The translations under genes and the position numbers were made by a program. Shown here in pieces: positions 28,142 to 31,263 of a stretch of 31,263 nt of DNA (positions are counted from its first letter, which is position 1; every line of letters begins with the position of its first letter). The notes beneath the pieces are model-generated. The model was not told the origin of the DNA. It worked only from the letters and a program-made list of their open reading frames with translations, and ran no database searches. Source of the stretch: Leidyana gryllorum EB-2025a (lineage: Eukaryota; Protista; Apicomplexa); contig JBLWGC010000117.1 of NCBI GenBank assembly GCA_048772705.1, forward strand, positions 1 through 31,263, read 5' to 3'.

Positions 28142-28353
28142 AATCTTTGAGCGAGGCTTTAGAGGTAGCGAAGCATCGATCCGGATGGAATCGAACAGGA
28201 ACGTCAGATGAATTACGTCATTTACCCGTCGAATAGCTGATGCCACTGCAATCAGATGGGTTGCCATCTAAGCACCCCGGGCCGTGAGAAAAGCCTTCCT
28301 TCTCGAGACTTCACGAACAGAAAACGTGTAAAGTGGCGAGCCAAGAACACTCC

Positions 28354-28433
28354 GGCAAGATGGCCGAGTGGTCCAAGGCGCTGTGTTAAGGCCGCAGTCC
28401 GAAAGGGCTTGGGTTCGAATCCCACTCTTGTCA
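28354..28433 (+). tRNA. tRNA-Leu(AAG)
   Basis: Near intact. Confidence 0.82.
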
Positions 28434-28493
28434 GCCGTTTTATCGGCCCTCGGTCAGCCACTGGACGCAATAGGTCTTCCATGTAGAGCGCAT

Positions 28494-28566
28494 GGGCGGC
28501 TAGCTCAGATGGTAGAGCGCTCGCTTCGCATGCGAGAGGTACTGGGATCGATACCCAGGTCGTCCA
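28494..28566 (+). tRNA. tRNA-Ala(CGC)
   Basis: Intact; G3:U70. Confidence 0.92.
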
Positions 28567-28710
28567 AACTTCGTACGGGTGCACCCACCGTATTTAGTAC
28601 TCGAAGTTACGACCTTTGAAGAGCCCAAGACCACATATCACGCAGCGTGCTTGTCATGCGCGAGAGCCGTATACGTAGCCACTGTCTGCGGCATACCGAG
28701 TTCGACAGTT

Positions 28711-28792
28711 GGCAACTTGCCCGAGTGGTTAAGGGGGTAGACTCGAAATCTACTGGGCTTGGCCCGCGCTGGTTCAAATCCAACAGTTGTCG
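28711..28792 (+). tRNA. tRNA-Ser(CGA)
   Basis: Near intact. Confidence 0.8.
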
Positions 28793-28865
28793 TGCGATGT
28801 GCTTGAGGGTCAGACACTAAATGAGGCGTGAAACATTGGCGAAATCAACCATGGATTATCTCCTC

Positions 28866-28936
28866 TGCATCTGCCGGGAATCGAACCCGGGTCGTCTCGA
28901 TGGCAACGAGACATTCTATCACTAGACCACAGATGC
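28866..28936 (-). tRNA. tRNA-Gly(GCC), D-loop variant
   Basis: One change versus 8924. Confidence 0.8.
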
Positions 28937-29038
28937 GTGACATGTTTTGTTGAAGCTCGTACACGGTAACGGCCATTCTTCATTCTCCTGAAGAATGGGA
29001 TCACAAAACTAGTTAAACGGCTGTGAGGGGCAGTTTGT

Positions 29039-29129
29039 GGGTACCTACACTTCGTGGGTGAATAGCTCAGTGGTTTAGTAGCTGACTGCAAATCAGCGCA
29101 AGTCCGTGGTTGGACTCCGCGCGTGCTCT
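29039..29129 (+). pseudogene. tRNA-Cys(GCA) degenerate with insertion
   Basis: Homologous to 11060; insertion after the acceptor 5' strand. Confidence 0.65.
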
Positions 29130-29486
29130 GAAGATGACCTGAAACGCTCAAAGATGTTGGATCTCCATTCCTGATCACGATGCAATGAGTCTGGAGCGGG
29201 GCCTATGGCGGAACATAGCGGGTCTGACTTCAGTTTAGAAAATTGGGCGTTCGAATCACTCAATTAGACCTCATGTTCTTCCCGTATGGGGCGCAACCTG
29301 AGAAGAGTGGGATTCGGGCCGACGCCCTTCCAGCGCTTTGCGCCGTCTACCCATTGAAAGTCTAGGGGTCTACCGACGGAGCTGGCGCGGCAAGGAAGCT
29401 CGGACTAACTAGTTTCTCCCGTATTGGTCGCAGAATGTTGGGGCTTCCTCGGGTCCAGGCAACTATTTATCAGAGATCCACTCACT

Positions 29487-29560
29487 TGGTTACGCCCGGG
29501 CTCGAACCGGGGACCTTGAGCTTATTAGGCTCACGCTCTAACCGACTGAGCTACGCGACC
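29487..29560 (-). tRNA. tRNA-Ile(AAT)
   Basis: One acceptor mismatch. Confidence 0.8.
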
Positions 29561-29747
29561 ACTTTTGCGACGACAGATGGCACCGACCCCGATGCTGGAT
29601 CCCCCCCTGAGCTAGAATCAAACATCAGAGCCATTCAGACACTGGCAAGAAGCTGAGACCGCGGCTTCGGGCAGCGCGAGCAGTCCGACTCAAGCTTGCT
29701 GAATCGTATGTGAAGCCACAGGGCGCAAGATGACAAGTCCGACAGGT

Positions 29748-29828
29748 GGCAACTTGCCCGAGTGGTTAAGGGGTAGACTAGAAATCTACTGGGCCTGGGC
29801 CGCGCTGGTGCAGATCCAGCAGTTGTTG
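29748..29828 (+). pseudogene. tRNA-Ser(AGA) variant
   Basis: T loop TGCAGAT. Confidence 0.6.
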
Positions 29829-29932
29829 TGCGATGTGATTGGAGGGGTCAGACACCAACTTATGCATGAATTCTGTGGTGGACATGATGCTATTCCCAGC
29901 ATCAAACCCTCATATGGATCGAGAAAGGGAAT

Positions 29933-30005
29933 GCCTTCTTAGCTTAGGGGCAGAGCATTCGCTTAGTAAGCGAAAGGTCGCCGGTTTTGATTCGGGCAGA
30001 AGGCT
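29933..30005 (+). pseudogene. tRNA-Thr(AGT), T arm damaged
   Basis: 5' two-thirds intact. Confidence 0.6.
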
Positions 30006-30469
30006 TGACTGCATCGACTAGGCACCTGCAAGCTTATCGCAAACTCCAATCATCGTAGCTGAGCCTCGTAGCTCAGCCAGCAGAGAGTAAGTCTCTTAGC
30101 CACAAAGTCGCAGGTTTGGAACCTGCCAGTACCTGAGGCACCCACAGGGGGCCAGACCAGCTGAGACAGAATCTGAGTTGCAGCAGTTTTGAGGGGCTGG
30201 AACTGCTCGGACCGGGAATCGAACCCGGGTCTTCCGAGTGACAGGCGGAAATACTAACCACTATACTATCTCAAATGCTCTGAACACGCCGGCCTCCAAC
30301 CCCAAAAGTTCTTCCATTATGAGATTCCAAGCACAGAAAACGCGTGGAGCGGCGAGCCAACAACATCCCGGCAAGATGGTCGATTTGTCTACGGCGCTGT
30401 GCTCAGACCGCAGTGCGACAGGGCGAGGATCTGGGGTTGAGCCTTTCGAACCCCGGAGCAGTTGGACGG

Positions 30470-30554
30470 CCGGAGGTAGCTCAGTTGGTAGAGCATCTGA
30501 CTGTAGTGCTGGCATCAGATAGTCGGCGGTTCGGTTCCGTTCCGTCCCACCGGA
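30470..30554 (+). tRNA. tRNA-Tyr(GTA), 7-nt intron, 5-nt T-arm duplication
   Basis: Same intron tgctggc (30507-30513). Confidence 0.65.
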
Positions 30555-30781
30555 TGGTTTTGGCAGACAGCGTTGATAGGCCAACTAGACTACTCCGGCG
30601 AGGGTTCCATCTATGTAGTTCGGATGGGCTGAGAATCGATCCCAGAACCTTTCATATACTAAGCACCGTTTCATCATCTGGTCTAGCCTCCCTCTGTGCC
30701 TACCTCATGGCATTGAGTGATACTTCACATAGTGAGACCAGTCTCTCGACTGTACCCAGCGGGTTGAACCACCGGCTAGGC

Positions 30782-30853
30782 GGTTGTTTGGTCTAGTGGT
30801 ATGATCTTTCCTTAGGGTGGAAGGAGTCCTGGGTTCGATTCCCAGAACAGCCC
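30782..30853 (+). tRNA. tRNA-Pro(AGG)
   Basis: Near intact (G:U variants). Confidence 0.85.
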
Positions 30854-30988
30854 TCTTGGCTGTCGGTTGACCCGATGGGATAAGCAGTTTTAGAACTAAC
30901 ACATCCACCTCGTTAGCCCACTTCGACACTCAAGGCAATTAACATCTCAAGAATCGCATTTCGGCTACCTCTTCCATGTTGCGGACTG

Positions 30989-31060
30989 AGCAGTGTAGCT
31001 CATTGGAAGAGTGTTGGGCTCATACCCCAAAGGTCAGTCGATCGAAACGACTCACTGCTA
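30989..31060 (+). tRNA. Initiator tRNA-Met(CAT) variant
   Basis: A1:U72; T stem AGTCG/CGACT. Confidence 0.78.
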
Positions 31061-31108
31061 AGTGTGCGTAAAAGAGAAACAGTTTAGAATAGATCGGCTC
31101 GTGAGCAA

Positions 31109-31181
31109 AGGCTTCTGCCGGAGTCGAACCGGCGACCCTTCGCTTACTAAGCGAGCGCTCTACCATTTGAGCTAGTCGCCC
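31109..31181 (-). pseudogene. Chimeric Ala(5')/Thr(AGT)(3') tRNA
   Basis: Crossover in the shared TCGCTTAG anticodon-arm sequence. Confidence 0.8.
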
Positions 31182-31263
31182 GCGGTGCAGACCCCATCGC
31201 ATTTGTTGGTTCTCAACATAGGATGACCACTTTTCAAACTGTCTTCAGCGGGTTGCATGAACG

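Larger units (their letters stand above)
1..31263. repeat. Shuffled, segmentally duplicated tRNA gene mega-cluster
   Basis: tRNA genes or remnants every ~200-250 bp. The same spacers recur next to the same tRNA types in both orientations. Confidence 0.95.

Noticed and set aside
286-31202. The many short six-frame ORFs, including repeated near-identical 'proteins'
   Set aside because: They are translations of tRNA genes and duplicated spacers, overlap on both strands, and show no recognisable domains.
1-31263. CRISPR array, integron or bacterial/phage tRNA array
   Set aside because: No constant repeat with unique spacers and no integrase or cas genes. The tRNAs are eukaryotic cytosolic type (no CCA, many A34 anticodons, eukaryotic initiator, 37/38 intron).
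1-31263. Assigning a host species
   Set aside because: The tRNA features suggest a protist-like eukaryote, but identification needs a database search that cannot be run here.

Overview
This window has no credible protein-coding gene. It is almost entirely an extremely dense cluster of eukaryotic nuclear-type tRNA genes: well over 120 genes, variants and remnants in 31 kb, about one per 200-250 bp, on both strands. Eukaryotic hallmarks are: no encoded CCA; A34 anticodons (AGC, AAC, AGT, ACG, AAT, AGA, AGG, AAG); an initiator Met with A1:U72 and an ATCGAAA T-loop; and an intron-containing Tyr. All 20 amino acids are represented (Met only as initiator). The cluster is built from a few multi-tRNA modules (e.g. 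Ile-Lys*-Ser-Gly; Asn-Ala-Leu-Asp-Val-Gln-Ser; Pro-Arg-His-Lys-Glu; Glu-Thr-iMet-Pro) that were repeatedly duplicated, inverted and shuffled. Breakpoints often fall inside tRNAs, giving chimeric genes, wobble-switched isoacceptors, anticodon-shifted copies and many pseudogenes. Two non-tRNA insertions look like LTR-retrotransposon remnants: ~1358-3100, and a 306-bp solo LTR with a 5-bp TSD at 20208-20513. The host is probably a unicellular eukaryote, but it cannot be identified from this sequence. Coordinates were read by eye and may be off by 1-2 nt, more for remnants.
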